From: a virus
Length of the DNA stretch: 64,000 bases
IMG/VR virus record: IMGVR_UViG_3300008262_000040
Direction: 5' to 3' (one strand)
The position numbers and the translations under genes were made by a program. Positions 46,147-56,371 of the stretch are shown here, piece by piece; positions within the stretch are counted from its first letter, which is position 1, and every line of letters begins with the position of its first letter. A model generated the notes under the pieces. That model saw nothing but the letters and a program-made list of their open reading frames with translations, was not told where the DNA came from and searched no databases.

Positions 46147-46924
46147 AGAAGTTGAAAATGTCGTCTATCTTAGAATCTAGGTTTGGTTTACCCGTATTCA
46201 AAGAAAACTTTGGAGTTTCTACTGGAGCTGCGGGCGTTTCTTCTGTTTCTTCCTCTTCGCTCTCTGGGTTTAGATAGCCCAACAAAGCGGCTTTCATGTC
46301 GTCGTAGCCGTAGCGCTTGAATTGAGTGACTGGATCTGGTTGTTCTGTCATCCACTTTTTAACTAGATCTGCGTTCTCTGACAACGGAGTTACCTTTGTT
46401 CTCACGCGGATCGTTGATTTGTTATAAGTCAAACCTGTTGATTCCTTACCCAATGTTTCGATCGTGATGTCTCGTCCCTGTAAAGGATCTGTGTAGTCTC
46501 CGACGTCCTCGTCTTCAGCGATTGATAAAAGATCCATGAAGATTTGTTTACCGAAGCCCCAAAGCATAACGCCTTTGTCTTCTTCGCCTCTAACGATAAC
46601 GGGTACGAAAACGCGCATCTTGGGTTCAAGCTTTTTGGCTAGTTGCCAGTCCTCACGGTTTGAAGACTTTCTAAGACCCTGTGCGAACTCTACGATTGGA
46701 TCTTTTTCTCCGAAGTTTGTCAGAGCGATCATCGTCTTGTTTCCAATCTCGTAGTGGAAATAGAGCTCTTTGAACGGGTTTGACTTGTTGTAAGCCGATG
46801 GTAGCACTCTCACCGAATGCTTACCTACTGTTGGGGACCAAAGGGTTTTTTGTAACTCACCCTTGGAACCGCCTTTTGGATTTTGCAAAGATTGTAGTCT
46901 TTGTCTTAGCATGTTAATGTCCAT
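46145..46924 (-). CDS. Single-stranded DNA-binding protein (T4 gp32-like)
   Basis: VRVLP...PF.E..FHY, GEKDPI.E, D.TD...GRDI, acidic tail. Confidence 0.8.
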   Translation of the reverse strand: MDINMLRQRLQSLQNPKGGSKGELQKTLWSPTVGKHSVRVLPSAYNKSNPFKELYFHYEIGNKTMIALTNFGEKDPIVEFAQGLRKSSNREDWQLAKKLEPKMRVFVPVIVRGEEDKGVMLWGFGKQIFMDLLSIAEDEDVGDYTDPLQGRDITIETLGKESTGLTYNKSTIRVRTKVTPLSENADLVKKWMTEQPDPVTQFKRYGYDDMKAALLGYLNPESEEEETEETPAAPVETPKFSLNTGKPNLDSKIDDIFNF

Positions 46925-46949
46925 AGTATGTATACTGTTTGATAATAAA

Positions 46950-46957
46950 CAAATATA
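46950..46957 (-). promoter_or_regulatory. Bacteroidota sigma70 -7 element TATATTTG upstream of SSB
   Basis: Matches the TAnnTTTG consensus, 26 nt upstream of the ATG. Confidence 0.5.
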
Positions 46958-46988
46958 CGGAAAAAAATCGAAAGGAAAAAATTTTATT

Positions 46989-47414
46989 TTACAAGTTCAC
47001 GATTTTTTTAATTTCGGTGTTTAGTTTCCGAAATTTAGAGTCTTGTACCAGCAGTATGGAATTTTTGTAATCCTGCCAGTTAACGGGGTATTTGTTGTCA
47101 AGGACTCCACCGTTCAAGCTCATTATTAGAGCGTTAAGAGAATTGATCGTGTATAGCGTGTTGGTCTCTTTCTTTCTGTGCACAAGGATGGTGTTCTTCA
47201 TTATTCTTGGCTGATCGTCTGTGTAGTCTATGTTGTAGGTACACATCAGCTCTGAAGATTCTGGTGAACTCAAAACGAATATCTTTTTGTAAAGTACCGA
47301 GTATTCGCGATTTATTGACTCTACCAGCTCGTTTAGCCCTTCTTCTGTAGTAAATGTGCAAAACAGCTTGTTTTTTAGCATCTCTCTTGTTATTCTGTAT
47401 TCTTCTTTAAACAT
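46989..47414 (-). CDS. Conserved hypothetical phage protein
   Basis: NKLFCTF...NTILVHRKKETNTLYTINSLN. Confidence 0.75.
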   Translation of the reverse strand: MFKEEYRITREMLKNKLFCTFTTEEGLNELVESINREYSVLYKKIFVLSSPESSELMCTYNIDYTDDQPRIMKNTILVHRKKETNTLYTINSLNALIMSLNGGVLDNKYPVNWQDYKNSILLVQDSKFRKLNTEIKKIVNL

Positions 47415-47433
47415 TTATAAATATGTTTGTTTT

Positions 47434-48708
47434 TTACAAAAAGTATGTTTTTCCGTGTTTGTGTTTTACGACCATGCTGTCCTGCTCTAATACTTCCTTT
47501 ATTTTTAAAAGCAATTCTTTGCCATCTGACACAGCGTAGTCAAATAGGAAAGCGTCGTAAGTTATCAACACAAGTTTGCTCTTCTTTCCTTCTAAAAGAT
47601 CTTTCAATTGTAGGATCTTCTCTGCGTTTCTTTTAGTTTCCAAGTTCTGTACGTAGTAGTTCAACAGTTTGCTATCGTACATGTCTTCATCTCTTGTAAT
47701 ACTTATCCCAGTAGGTAGCTCCATGGACTCACCAGTAGCGCACCTCTGGCTTAGTTTTTTTGATAACGTTACCATAGCACTAAAGAATTCAATGTGCTGG
47801 TAAGCTTCTGGTACGCCCCCATATAAGTTTTTAAAGCTTATAGTCTTGGATTCTTTGTACTCCTCTTCTGTTAATGCATCTTTATTGAAGTACTGCTTAC
47901 CAAGATACTCGTGAACAGAGCTTTCTTTGAACTCGTAGCCAACTTCGTTACCTATTAGCCTGAGGTGGTAGCCATCGAAGTCGAACTCTACCAAATAGTC
48001 GTTTGAAGGTACAAAACAATCTCTATATTCTCTGTCTTTTGGTATAGCCAAAAAGTTTATACCGTTAAAAGAGTTAGTAGGTCTACCTGTTTGATTGTAC
48101 AGATTGTATTGGTTGTATATGTTATCTCCATCTATAGAAGCTTCTTCATTGTTTACTTTAAATTTCTCAAAAAATAGCTTTTTGTTTATCTTTATTGGAT
48201 TGCTTTCAACGTAAGAGTAAGCTGAAATAACACTATTAAGATTTTGATTTTTAGGTCTACTCATCTCGAACTTGTAAATATCGAAAACTCTCTCCAGTCT
48301 TTCGTAGTGTTTAACAACAGGAATTATCGAGTTTAATTCACTAGACCACTGGTATTTTTGTTCGTACTCAAGTTGAGCGTTTGTTCTCGTATCGTTTTGC
48401 GATTGTTTAGAAAAAGACAGATCAACGAAGTTGTCCACTTTCATGAAATGCGAGTGATACTTTTTGTCCAATACGTAGACAGTTTCGTGTTTTTGTATGA
48501 AATCGAGTATGTGTTCGTTGTCTATACCAAAACACTCGCTGTGATCGACGCAAAGCATGTAACCCTTTTCGCTGTTTCTATAATAGTATAAACAGGCTTT
48601 AGCTAATCTAGGATGAAAATTGTGATTATTTGGTATCAATTGTAAGAAACAACTGCTTTGTACCCTAAGCGAATCCAACTGATCCTTTGTTTCTACTATG
48701 AAATGCAT
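47434..48708 (-). CDS. Compact, divergent family A polymerase-like protein
   Basis: TGRP, EFDFDGYHLRL (motif A), KTISFKNLYG (motif B), YDAFLFD (motif C). Confidence 0.75.
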   Translation of the reverse strand: MHFIVETKDQLDSLRVQSSCFLQLIPNNHNFHPRLAKACLYYYRNSEKGYMLCVDHSECFGIDNEHILDFIQKHETVYVLDKKYHSHFMKVDNFVDLSFSKQSQNDTRTNAQLEYEQKYQWSSELNSIIPVVKHYERLERVFDIYKFEMSRPKNQNLNSVISAYSYVESNPIKINKKLFFEKFKVNNEEASIDGDNIYNQYNLYNQTGRPTNSFNGINFLAIPKDREYRDCFVPSNDYLVEFDFDGYHLRLIGNEVGYEFKESSVHEYLGKQYFNKDALTEEEYKESKTISFKNLYGGVPEAYQHIEFFSAMVTLSKKLSQRCATGESMELPTGISITRDEDMYDSKLLNYYVQNLETKRNAEKILQLKDLLEGKKSKLVLITYDAFLFDYAVSDGKELLLKIKEVLEQDSMVVKHKHGKTYFL

Positions 48709-48760
48709 AACTTTTATTTTACACTAATGTACATTAATCGACACTAACAGTAAAATAAAT

Positions 48761-49399
48761 CTATTGGGTAGTGGTAGGTCTAGCAAACTTTGCGTAATCC
48801 TCACCTATAAAAGCTTTGAGACCTAAAAACTTGGTGTCTGCGCCTTCTATCAATCTTTTATTCGTGTCTACTATTCCTGCTCTAATATCGTATTGAGATA
48901 GTCTAACTGTGTTCAATGGTCCTGTTAACTTCCATAATATAGACTGTATTTGATAGTAAGATACGTCGTATTCAACAGTTCCCTGCTCTATACCTACATA
49001 CTCTTGTTCGGAGATCTCTTTTACATAACCCTGTTCGTTTATCTTTTTTACAAAGAATCTGTAAAAGTATCCTCTGTTATAATCTGGTTCTGTTGGTTTT
49101 GGGTGATAACTTGTTGGTTGGGTTCTATCTTTGGGCTCTACAACAGCTGCCGCGGTTATGGTAAATTGTGATCTAGACTCTGGCGATAATCGACCTCGTT
49201 GGTTTGTTGATAGAAGATTGTTTTTTATCGGGTCTAACCTTTCGTTTGGGCCGACAGCTGGATTAGCGCCTGTATAAAACTTGCCATCATAAGTAGCATA
49301 GTATAACCCACTATATGGCACACCATTTAGCCTATATTCATTTCCGCGTGTTGTAAGATTTGTTTTTACTCTAAAAGACGGATAGTATCTAATCGGCAT
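48761..49399 (-). CDS. Putative virion/baseplate protein
   Basis: Last gene of the tail operon; PTEPDYNRGYFYRFF. Confidence 0.55.
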   Translation of the reverse strand: MPIRYYPSFRVKTNLTTRGNEYRLNGVPYSGLYYATYDGKFYTGANPAVGPNERLDPIKNNLLSTNQRGRLSPESRSQFTITAAAVVEPKDRTQPTSYHPKPTEPDYNRGYFYRFFVKKINEQGYVKEISEQEYVGIEQGTVEYDVSYYQIQSILWKLTGPLNTVRLSQYDIRAGIVDTNKRLIEGADTKFLGLKAFIGEDYAKFARPTTTQ

Positions 49400-49407
49400 T
49401 TTATGAA

Positions 49408-52400
49408 TTATTTAAAATCTTTTATAATGTTCCATGCGCCTAAACCAGATTTTCTTCTTTCTGCTCTTTTTTGAGAATCTGTTATATATGGAACTGAAAA
49501 CTCATAATAATCAATCCAATACAGCGCTGCCAATTCTGCGCCAGTGGCGTCATTAGGCACACTTTTTAATTTCGAAACTAGATTGGGCCTAGAAGAAGCT
49601 TCTTTCAATATAAATAGCATCTGAGTTTCAAGATTGTCTGCTGATGCACCTCCTCTGCTATTTACAAAATTAACATAATTATCTAATCTTTTACCAACCC
49701 ATTGCGGAATTCCATAAGCAGTAACTCTTTTTCCATTATATGTTGGCGTTGTGAACATTCCTGTTTTTACAGCAGCTGTTTGTTGATCTGTCTTTTGCCC
49801 CTTCCCACTTCCAGCTTCGACAGTGGTTTTTCCTGAACCCCTTTCTGTAGCTCCTATTATCCAAACGTAGGGGTTTAAACCGGATTCTCGATACATAGTA
49901 CCCAACGCACCTGCTGCAGCTGCTTGACTATAACCCTCTGCTTTAAATAATAGCCACATTTTTTCAAGATCTCCTCTAGCTCTTGATAAATTATCGGCCA
50001 GTACATTTCCAGTTTGGTATAGATCTCCGGTTGGAACAAAACCTGGAACGCCTAAATTTGATTCTTGAGAATTATTAGTAGGTTTAGGAACCCCTTTCCA
50101 TGTTCCATCGACTAATTTTGATGGCTTGTTTTGATACCCAGCTATGTTTTTTACGTAATACATGTTAGCTTTTACGTCTGTTGTCCAAGAGTTGTTCTGT
50201 ATAGTGTGATCTAGACCTGTGATTATAAACCCAACTCTGCGTGTCGCGTTTTGTCCAAATCCTCCAGCCGCTATGGTATAAGAATAGGGTAGCATCTCTT
50301 CAGGTATTGTAAAAGCGTGATAAATTTCTGGATCTTTTTCAGTATTCCTTGCTTTTGCAACAGCCTCTATGTAATAATTGATAGCCTGTTCTACTCCCTC
50401 TTCTGATCTGCTTCCCCCTAAATAATAACCCTTAACTGATTCATTGAATCTAGAGGCAGCGAGTGCTTTTCTTTGAAGCTCCAAAGAGCCTGTATTTAAT
50501 TTAGCTTTAGCATTGTCGTTTACTGCTGTAGTAACAGGTCTATATCTATTTATCGCGTAAAGACTTGAATTTCCTACGCCTGTTCCATCTGTACCAGCCG
50601 TTGTTTGGTTTTTTACGTCTGAATTCGCACTTATAGCAAGCATATTGCTCAATTTTGTGCTATTATCTGTTTGTATTGTAAAAGATCTAGCTATTGACTG
50701 TTTTCCAAAAACCGGGATTTCGTATGGGACTGTATTTAGTATGTTTACGTTGTCTACAGCATTCATCACGTTATTTCCAGGTATAGCTTGATCGTCTACT
50801 ACACAGAAACAGTTAGAGTAGTCATCGTACGCGAGTCTAAGCACATTGAAATTTCCCAAGGATTTACTAAGATCAGACAGTATTTCGTCCATTAAAGATC
50901 TAAAATAAACAGAGTTAGTTTCATCTTTTGTAGCGTGACTTCTTATAGTATCTAACAGGTAGTCTATGCTAACAAGCACATTCATCAATTTCCCTCTATA
51001 GTTAGGTAACGCCGAATTGTTTGTTGTTTGAAACTTAAACGGTGGAAGAGTCTTTGATACCGCATCGGTTGTCCATAGATCTGTTGCGTTTGACTCTTTA
51101 TTAACCGCTATTATTTTATCACCCTGCAGTATTTTTGGATCGAAAAGCTTTTTATAAGAACTTAATTCTCCCTTGAACGGAACTACGAATTTGTAAGGAT
51201 TTGCGCTTAACATAAAATCGGAGGATAGTATTATGTTGCTTCCTTGATTGAAATCTAAATAGAAGAGAGGTATGTTTAGATCCGGTTCTGTGGTATCATA
51301 CAAAAATCCGCAGTGATTAAGGATCATAAAAAAGAATCCCATAGTTACATACGTCGGATAGTGTATATCTCCCCCTTCAACTAGGTTTTTAGATTGATAG
51401 TAAGGTATAACAAAAGATTGGAGTATCTCAGCAAAATTAATCGCGTATTCTTTGTCCTGTCTTATAGCTTCTAATACAGTTGGATCATTTACCCCATCGT
51501 CTTTCATCAAATTTCTATGAAAACCAAATAAAGCGTTTGTTAAAAATCTATCTTTTTTACCAAAATTAGAAGCAGCATAATACGCGTTGTCCGTAATAGC
51601 TTTATTTATTATTTCGTCTGGTTTTTCTATAATCTGTTGCAAATTTCCTTTTCCAAAAGCGCCGTCAGCAAATATGTTGTACAGAGACTGTTTATCCTTT
51701 CCTTTTGGATCACCCCACTTTATAGAATCGACTTTGCTTATCTCTCCGTTACCGCTTATGAATCTTTCTATGGTCAACAGTTGAATCGTCCTAAGTATGC
51801 CCTCCATCTGCGATTTGTACATTGCAGCTTCTGAATTCTGTAGATCGTCTACCTTCACTTTTGTATAATCGGGCGGTACGTACGCTGGGATTTGAGCGCC
51901 CTGACTAGGCACTGGAGGAGCTACGTTAGTCGAAGGATTGGGCGATATATAAGCATCTGTTATTTGCCATTTAGTTACCAAATCAAAATCTGATATACCT
52001 ATACCAATTCTAACATCTTGTTTTACGTAAACTGTTTTTTTTGGTATATTTGCTCGACCGGTTTGTACTATAGGACCAATTGTGCCTGGTAAATTATCCA
52101 CTGGTATCAATCCTTCAAATATTGCTCCGTATTCGCTGTTAACTTGTATTTGTAATAGAGATAACAACCAATTTCCTGATAGAACTTGTACTATAGCATC
52201 AACTATTTTTTGTCTCGTTTCTCCTTCTTTTCCCGGCCCATCAGTTTCTACATTTCCCGTCTTAAAGGCTGGATCATATGTAACACCCGAGGTTTTTGAA
52301 AATTTTGTAGAATATCTTATGTATATCTTTCTTGTTCCTATTGATTTTCTAACTGCGCCACTAGCGTATTCTATTGTATAAAATCCATCATCCTCCCCTG

Positions 52401-54177
52401 TTGGAAAATTTCCAAAGGTGCCAGTACGTAAAGTGTCATTCGCCGCGTAATCTACATCAAAATAAGTTATGTAACCATTAGCGTCTTTTGTTTCTAGAAC
52501 AATAGTTTTACCTGCTCCACCATCCACATTTAATTTATCTGGGGAACCACCTTGAATTGCAGTAACGCCTGTGTTAACATTAGCAGAGGTTGATATATTA
52601 TTTGGTCCCAAAATAGTATTCAAATCAGTATTTACAGATCCCAGACCGAGTATACTTCTTATTTGGGGTAAATTCCAATTAAATGCAGCTTTTACGTTAT
52701 TGGGTCTTAATAAAGCTCCAGGAAAAGTTTTTTCTTTAAGTCTAAGTACAGTTTTTTCTTTTTGTAAAATGTAATAATACTTTTCTTGATCGTTTTTTTG
52801 ATTTCTGTCTTCTACATATATATTATCTGTTGATCCAGGATACTTAGGGTCATTCAGCGTAGAATATCTTTTAGTATCTTTTTTAACATCTGCAACAAAT
52901 TGATCAAATTTCAAAGGACCAGGATCTGGAGTATTTATTGGTTTTCCTGAAGACTTATCCACAATATTAGAACCATTACACTCAAAGGTTGTGATCGTTG
53001 TTCCTTTTCTAAAAGTAGAATTTATAAAAAATACGTAGTCTTTTAGTTCTGATGTTGCTGCAGAAGGTTTTGCGTATGTTTCGTTATTGACGGTGACTAT
53101 TTGAAATTCTCCTGCGTATATTCTGTCTCTTATGCAACCAGGGTAATTATCTCTATTGCTTGGATCGTTCTTTGCAGCCGATGTTTGAGCTGTTATTAGG
53201 GCAACCTTTTCCTCGTATTCTCGTCTTGCTATAGCTTCAGCTTGATTTTTGTTTATGTTTGTAATAATGTTAGCTATTTTGCCTATAGCGTCTTTAAATG
53301 TATCGGGAAGCGAGGCTATCGTGTTAGTTCTCATAGACTCAGCCAACATACCAGGACCTATGACTTTTAGTTTACAGTCGTAACCACCTTCTGTGTTTGA
53401 CGTAAAGCTAAAATTTGTAACAAGGCCAACCATTGCGTCGTAATTACCGTCTGTTTGCCTTATCGCTTTGGCTATTTCAACCCTGAGTTTAGCCTCGTCC
53501 ATATCTGCTTTGAATGGGTCTACAGCGTAGTCTTCTGATTTTTGAAGAACGTCGTAAGGCTCTAACTGATTTGTAGGATTGTTTTTTTGTTTGTAGAAGA
53601 ATGTGTTTCCCCACTCAATGAACATGGTGTATCCAAGCTTAAAGTAGAGAATATCTACTACGTCCAACTGTTGTTTAGTGTTTACTTTAAAGTCTATGTC
53701 TGCCTGTAGTATAGAACCGAGTTTACCCTGTGTGGTTATCTTAGCTGCAGTTATGCCTGCTATAGGTCTTAATCCGTAAGTTGGATCTATGTTATTGACA
53801 TCGAAGTACGGTTTGGGTTCGTATCTCGGTGCTGTAGTATTTTTAAAATCGTCTAACGGATCACTATTCCTATCTGGCGAAATCTGTGTTACGTCCATCT
53901 TTCCAGTATACGCACTGGTACCGCCAAATAAAACGAAAGATTTTGCTAATTTTTCTTCGTCAGAAGGCAATTTTGTGATTCTCTTAATCGAATCAGCGTA
54001 CGATCCAGTTATGTTTACTGATGAAACTACCCTGATCCATCCGCTTTTGTTTGCCATGTATACTAGAGCATTATCGTCTCTAGTATCTAAAGTTTTATCG
54101 CTCCTTATGTAAAACTGATTTATTACATATTCTGGCACAGGTTGGCCGAGTATACTATCTAGTTCTGTGTAACCCAT
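49408..54177 (-). CDS. Baseplate hub protein with C-terminal phage tail lysozyme domain
   Basis: LGYTMFIEWG, GNYDAMVG.VTNF hub motifs; C-terminal AAAGALGTMYRESGLNP...AYGIPQW (Phage_lysozyme2-like). Confidence 0.75.
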   Translation of the reverse strand: MGYTELDSILGQPVPEYVINQFYIRSDKTLDTRDDNALVYMANKSGWIRVVSSVNITGSYADSIKRITKLPSDEEKLAKSFVLFGGTSAYTGKMDVTQISPDRNSDPLDDFKNTTAPRYEPKPYFDVNNIDPTYGLRPIAGITAAKITTQGKLGSILQADIDFKVNTKQQLDVVDILYFKLGYTMFIEWGNTFFYKQKNNPTNQLEPYDVLQKSEDYAVDPFKADMDEAKLRVEIAKAIRQTDGNYDAMVGLVTNFSFTSNTEGGYDCKLKVIGPGMLAESMRTNTIASLPDTFKDAIGKIANIITNINKNQAEAIARREYEEKVALITAQTSAAKNDPSNRDNYPGCIRDRIYAGEFQIVTVNNETYAKPSAATSELKDYVFFINSTFRKGTTITTFECNGSNIVDKSSGKPINTPDPGPLKFDQFVADVKKDTKRYSTLNDPKYPGSTDNIYVEDRNQKNDQEKYYYILQKEKTVLRLKEKTFPGALLRPNNVKAAFNWNLPQIRSILGLGSVNTDLNTILGPNNISTSANVNTGVTAIQGGSPDKLNVDGGAGKTIVLETKDANGYITYFDVDYAANDTLRTGTFGNFPTGEDDGFYTIEYASGAVRKSIGTRKIYIRYSTKFSKTSGVTYDPAFKTGNVETDGPGKEGETRQKIVDAIVQVLSGNWLLSLLQIQVNSEYGAIFEGLIPVDNLPGTIGPIVQTGRANIPKKTVYVKQDVRIGIGISDFDLVTKWQITDAYISPNPSTNVAPPVPSQGAQIPAYVPPDYTKVKVDDLQNSEAAMYKSQMEGILRTIQLLTIERFISGNGEISKVDSIKWGDPKGKDKQSLYNIFADGAFGKGNLQQIIEKPDEIINKAITDNAYYAASNFGKKDRFLTNALFGFHRNLMKDDGVNDPTVLEAIRQDKEYAINFAEILQSFVIPYYQSKNLVEGGDIHYPTYVTMGFFFMILNHCGFLYDTTEPDLNIPLFYLDFNQGSNIILSSDFMLSANPYKFVVPFKGELSSYKKLFDPKILQGDKIIAVNKESNATDLWTTDAVSKTLPPFKFQTTNNSALPNYRGKLMNVLVSIDYLLDTIRSHATKDETNSVYFRSLMDEILSDLSKSLGNFNVLRLAYDDYSNCFCVVDDQAIPGNNVMNAVDNVNILNTVPYEIPVFGKQSIARSFTIQTDNSTKLSNMLAISANSDVKNQTTAGTDGTGVGNSSLYAINRYRPVTTAVNDNAKAKLNTGSLELQRKALAASRFNESVKGYYLGGSRSEEGVEQAINYYIEAVAKARNTEKDPEIYHAFTIPEEMLPYSYTIAAGGFGQNATRRVGFIITGLDHTIQNNSWTTDVKANMYYVKNIAGYQNKPSKLVDGTWKGVPKPTNNSQESNLGVPGFVPTGDLYQTGNVLADNLSRARGDLEKMWLLFKAEGYSQAAAAGALGTMYRESGLNPYVWIIGATERGSGKTTVEAGSGKGQKTDQQTAAVKTGMFTTPTYNGKRVTAYGIPQWVGKRLDNYVNFVNSRGGASADNLETQMLFILKEASSRPNLVSKLKSVPNDATGAELAALYWIDYYEFSVPYITDSQKRAERRKSGLGAWNIIKDFK

Positions 54178-54486
54178 TTATCGTGTTGAATTTTCTGTTT
54201 TGTATAAATTGTTTATAGGTACTGGATTAACTGGTATCCTTAACTGCATGCCTACTGGAGGGTATATAGAGTCTCCAGGAAGTGAGTTAGCTGTAGCTAT
54301 TACCCACCAGTAGCTCATATCTCCGTAAAAGTCAAGAGCTATTAGATCTAACCTATCTCCCAATGTGGTTATAACATAGTTATCCCCCTCTGTAACAGGA
54401 ATGTCGGGGTACACGTTTGTTTGATAAGACCTTTTCTTTCCCTCTACGTTTAGTTTAGTTGGTATGGTTTCGTATCTATAAGGCAT
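54178..54486 (-). CDS. LysM-like baseplate wedge protein (gp53/tail X-like)
   Basis: GDRLDLIALDFYGD.SYWWVIA.AN...G.QLRIP. Confidence 0.85.
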   Translation of the reverse strand: MPYRYETIPTKLNVEGKKRSYQTNVYPDIPVTEGDNYVITTLGDRLDLIALDFYGDMSYWWVIATANSLPGDSIYPPVGMQLRIPVNPVPINNLYKTENSTR

Positions 54487-54497
54487 TTTTTACTTTT

Positions 54498-56342
54498 TTA
54501 AAAATAAGCTGGGGGCACGCGTTTAGCCTCTCTCTCCTGTTCTCTTTGTTCACGTCTGTCATTTCTACGAATTTGTCTTGCTGCTTTATTGTTATTTCTA
54601 GTTTGTTGTCTTTTGCGTCTTCTGGCAACTTTTTCTGATTCTCTAATAGGCTCTGTATCGTAAAAATCTACGTTAAGAGCATCAGGTCCGTTTCTATCCA
54701 TATCTCTATTGTATATTATGCTATTTGGAGAACCTGGATCAACTACTCGCTCAGGCATTGTTTCGTGTATTGGTTTAAATGATATCTGTACGTCTAAATA
54801 GTGAGGAAGTTGGTATCCGTTGTTTATTTCCCAAGAAGAGTCTTGATTTATTGTAATATTTACGCTCTCTATGAAACCTGGTACTCTATAGAGATAGTCA
54901 CCGATAGTAACTCTGGTAACAGACGTTCTCATCACGCCAGAGTCAGAATAATCTGGATACACCTGAGATGCTAAAGCGTTTAGTTTGTTGTATAATGGAA
55001 CTAAGTCTCTTGGATTCTCCGCTGCTACCCTAAATCCAAAACCTATCGTCCTGCTATATCCTTGATAAATGAAAAAATCTTCTCCTCGGCCTAGATACTT
55101 AAATGAGTTATAAGTGCCTTGGTGATTGTCTGTTAGCCCGTTTGTGAGATAAGCTCTAAATTGTATAAAAATGCCCAAAGCTGGATTATTGTTATTTATA
55201 CATTCGAAACCAAATTTTATTAAATCGTCTATTGCTCCATCTGTATTTTCCCAAAGCGTGTTCGAATCATACACTCTTATTCCAGATTGAGCTATTTCGT
55301 CAGGAGCGCTTATATCGTCCCCAGCTCTATAACCATTAGACATCTTATATGTGATCTCTCTAGACTTATCCTTTTCTCCAGTTTTAAAATCTTGTATATC
55401 AAATTGAACAGGGTAATTATGTATAGTTGCAGCACCTGATTGATCTTCAGTTACAACCCTATTGTTAAGATTGACGCTAGACTTTCTAAGAGCGTTTACA
55501 GTTTGACTCATTATCTGATCGTAGGTCATACTCGCGCCAGATCTTGTTTTTCTAACAGCCAATGAAGTATCATCAAATCTCCGTATTATTGTATTACCTA
55601 TGCCGTAAACAGAGCCAGGTCCACCTAAGTAGTTCTGTATAACGTTTCTGTTCAACGATATACCAACTTGATTTATCTTATTTATGGCTCCCAATACTGT
55701 TCCTCTCGCGACTATCTGATCTGAGCTTCTTAACTTAAGCTGTTGTAGTATTAATAGTCTGTTTTCCAATTCAACTTCATCAGAGCTCATTCTGTTTTGA
55801 GCACCCACAGTCTTATCGTAATATTTAGCTGTAAGATCAAACGGAAACAAACCTGCTCTTGGCAAATGAAATCCTGTGCCAGAAACTCCAACTTGCGCTA
55901 AGGTGTTTTTTCCCATATTGTACACCCTTGTGTTTTCTAGTATTCCTGGAAGAGCACTTACATTATTAAAAGAGTCTGTAAAAGTATTTCCTGTCTCTGT
56001 TTTTGGGTTGCTCAATTGCAAACCTATCTGTTTGTTTATGAACGCTGTACCACGTGGTGCGTCTTTTAGAAATTTAGCTATCCTCTCCCGATCTATCTGT
56101 GACGATATGGTGAGTGTTTGGGTGCCTATCTCTAGGTTTGTTTTTCCGCCCCTTATTGGATAATCTAATGAGTTTCTGTTCGTGATGGCGTAGTCCACAA
56201 GAGTTTGGGGAGCGCCCTGCGTTGCGTATCTGTCTCCTATTATGGGAGTCTGTATGTATGGTTGCCCTGAATTGCCACCGTTCAGCCTATCGTTGCCGAA
56301 TTTTAGTGATGTGAGGTTTGTTTTTAAATCTAACAGTGGCAT
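54498..56342 (-). CDS. Baseplate / tube-initiator-like structural protein
   Basis: FRAYL, YLGRGEDFFIYQGYSRTIGFGF, VTIGDYL...PGFI. Confidence 0.65.
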   Translation of the reverse strand: MPLLDLKTNLTSLKFGNDRLNGGNSGQPYIQTPIIGDRYATQGAPQTLVDYAITNRNSLDYPIRGGKTNLEIGTQTLTISSQIDRERIAKFLKDAPRGTAFINKQIGLQLSNPKTETGNTFTDSFNNVSALPGILENTRVYNMGKNTLAQVGVSGTGFHLPRAGLFPFDLTAKYYDKTVGAQNRMSSDEVELENRLLILQQLKLRSSDQIVARGTVLGAINKINQVGISLNRNVIQNYLGGPGSVYGIGNTIIRRFDDTSLAVRKTRSGASMTYDQIMSQTVNALRKSSVNLNNRVVTEDQSGAATIHNYPVQFDIQDFKTGEKDKSREITYKMSNGYRAGDDISAPDEIAQSGIRVYDSNTLWENTDGAIDDLIKFGFECINNNNPALGIFIQFRAYLTNGLTDNHQGTYNSFKYLGRGEDFFIYQGYSRTIGFGFRVAAENPRDLVPLYNKLNALASQVYPDYSDSGVMRTSVTRVTIGDYLYRVPGFIESVNITINQDSSWEINNGYQLPHYLDVQISFKPIHETMPERVVDPGSPNSIIYNRDMDRNGPDALNVDFYDTEPIRESEKVARRRKRQQTRNNNKAARQIRRNDRREQREQEREAKRVPPAYF

Positions 56343-56371
56343 TTTTGTCTTTTGTGCTTTTTATATTATTT

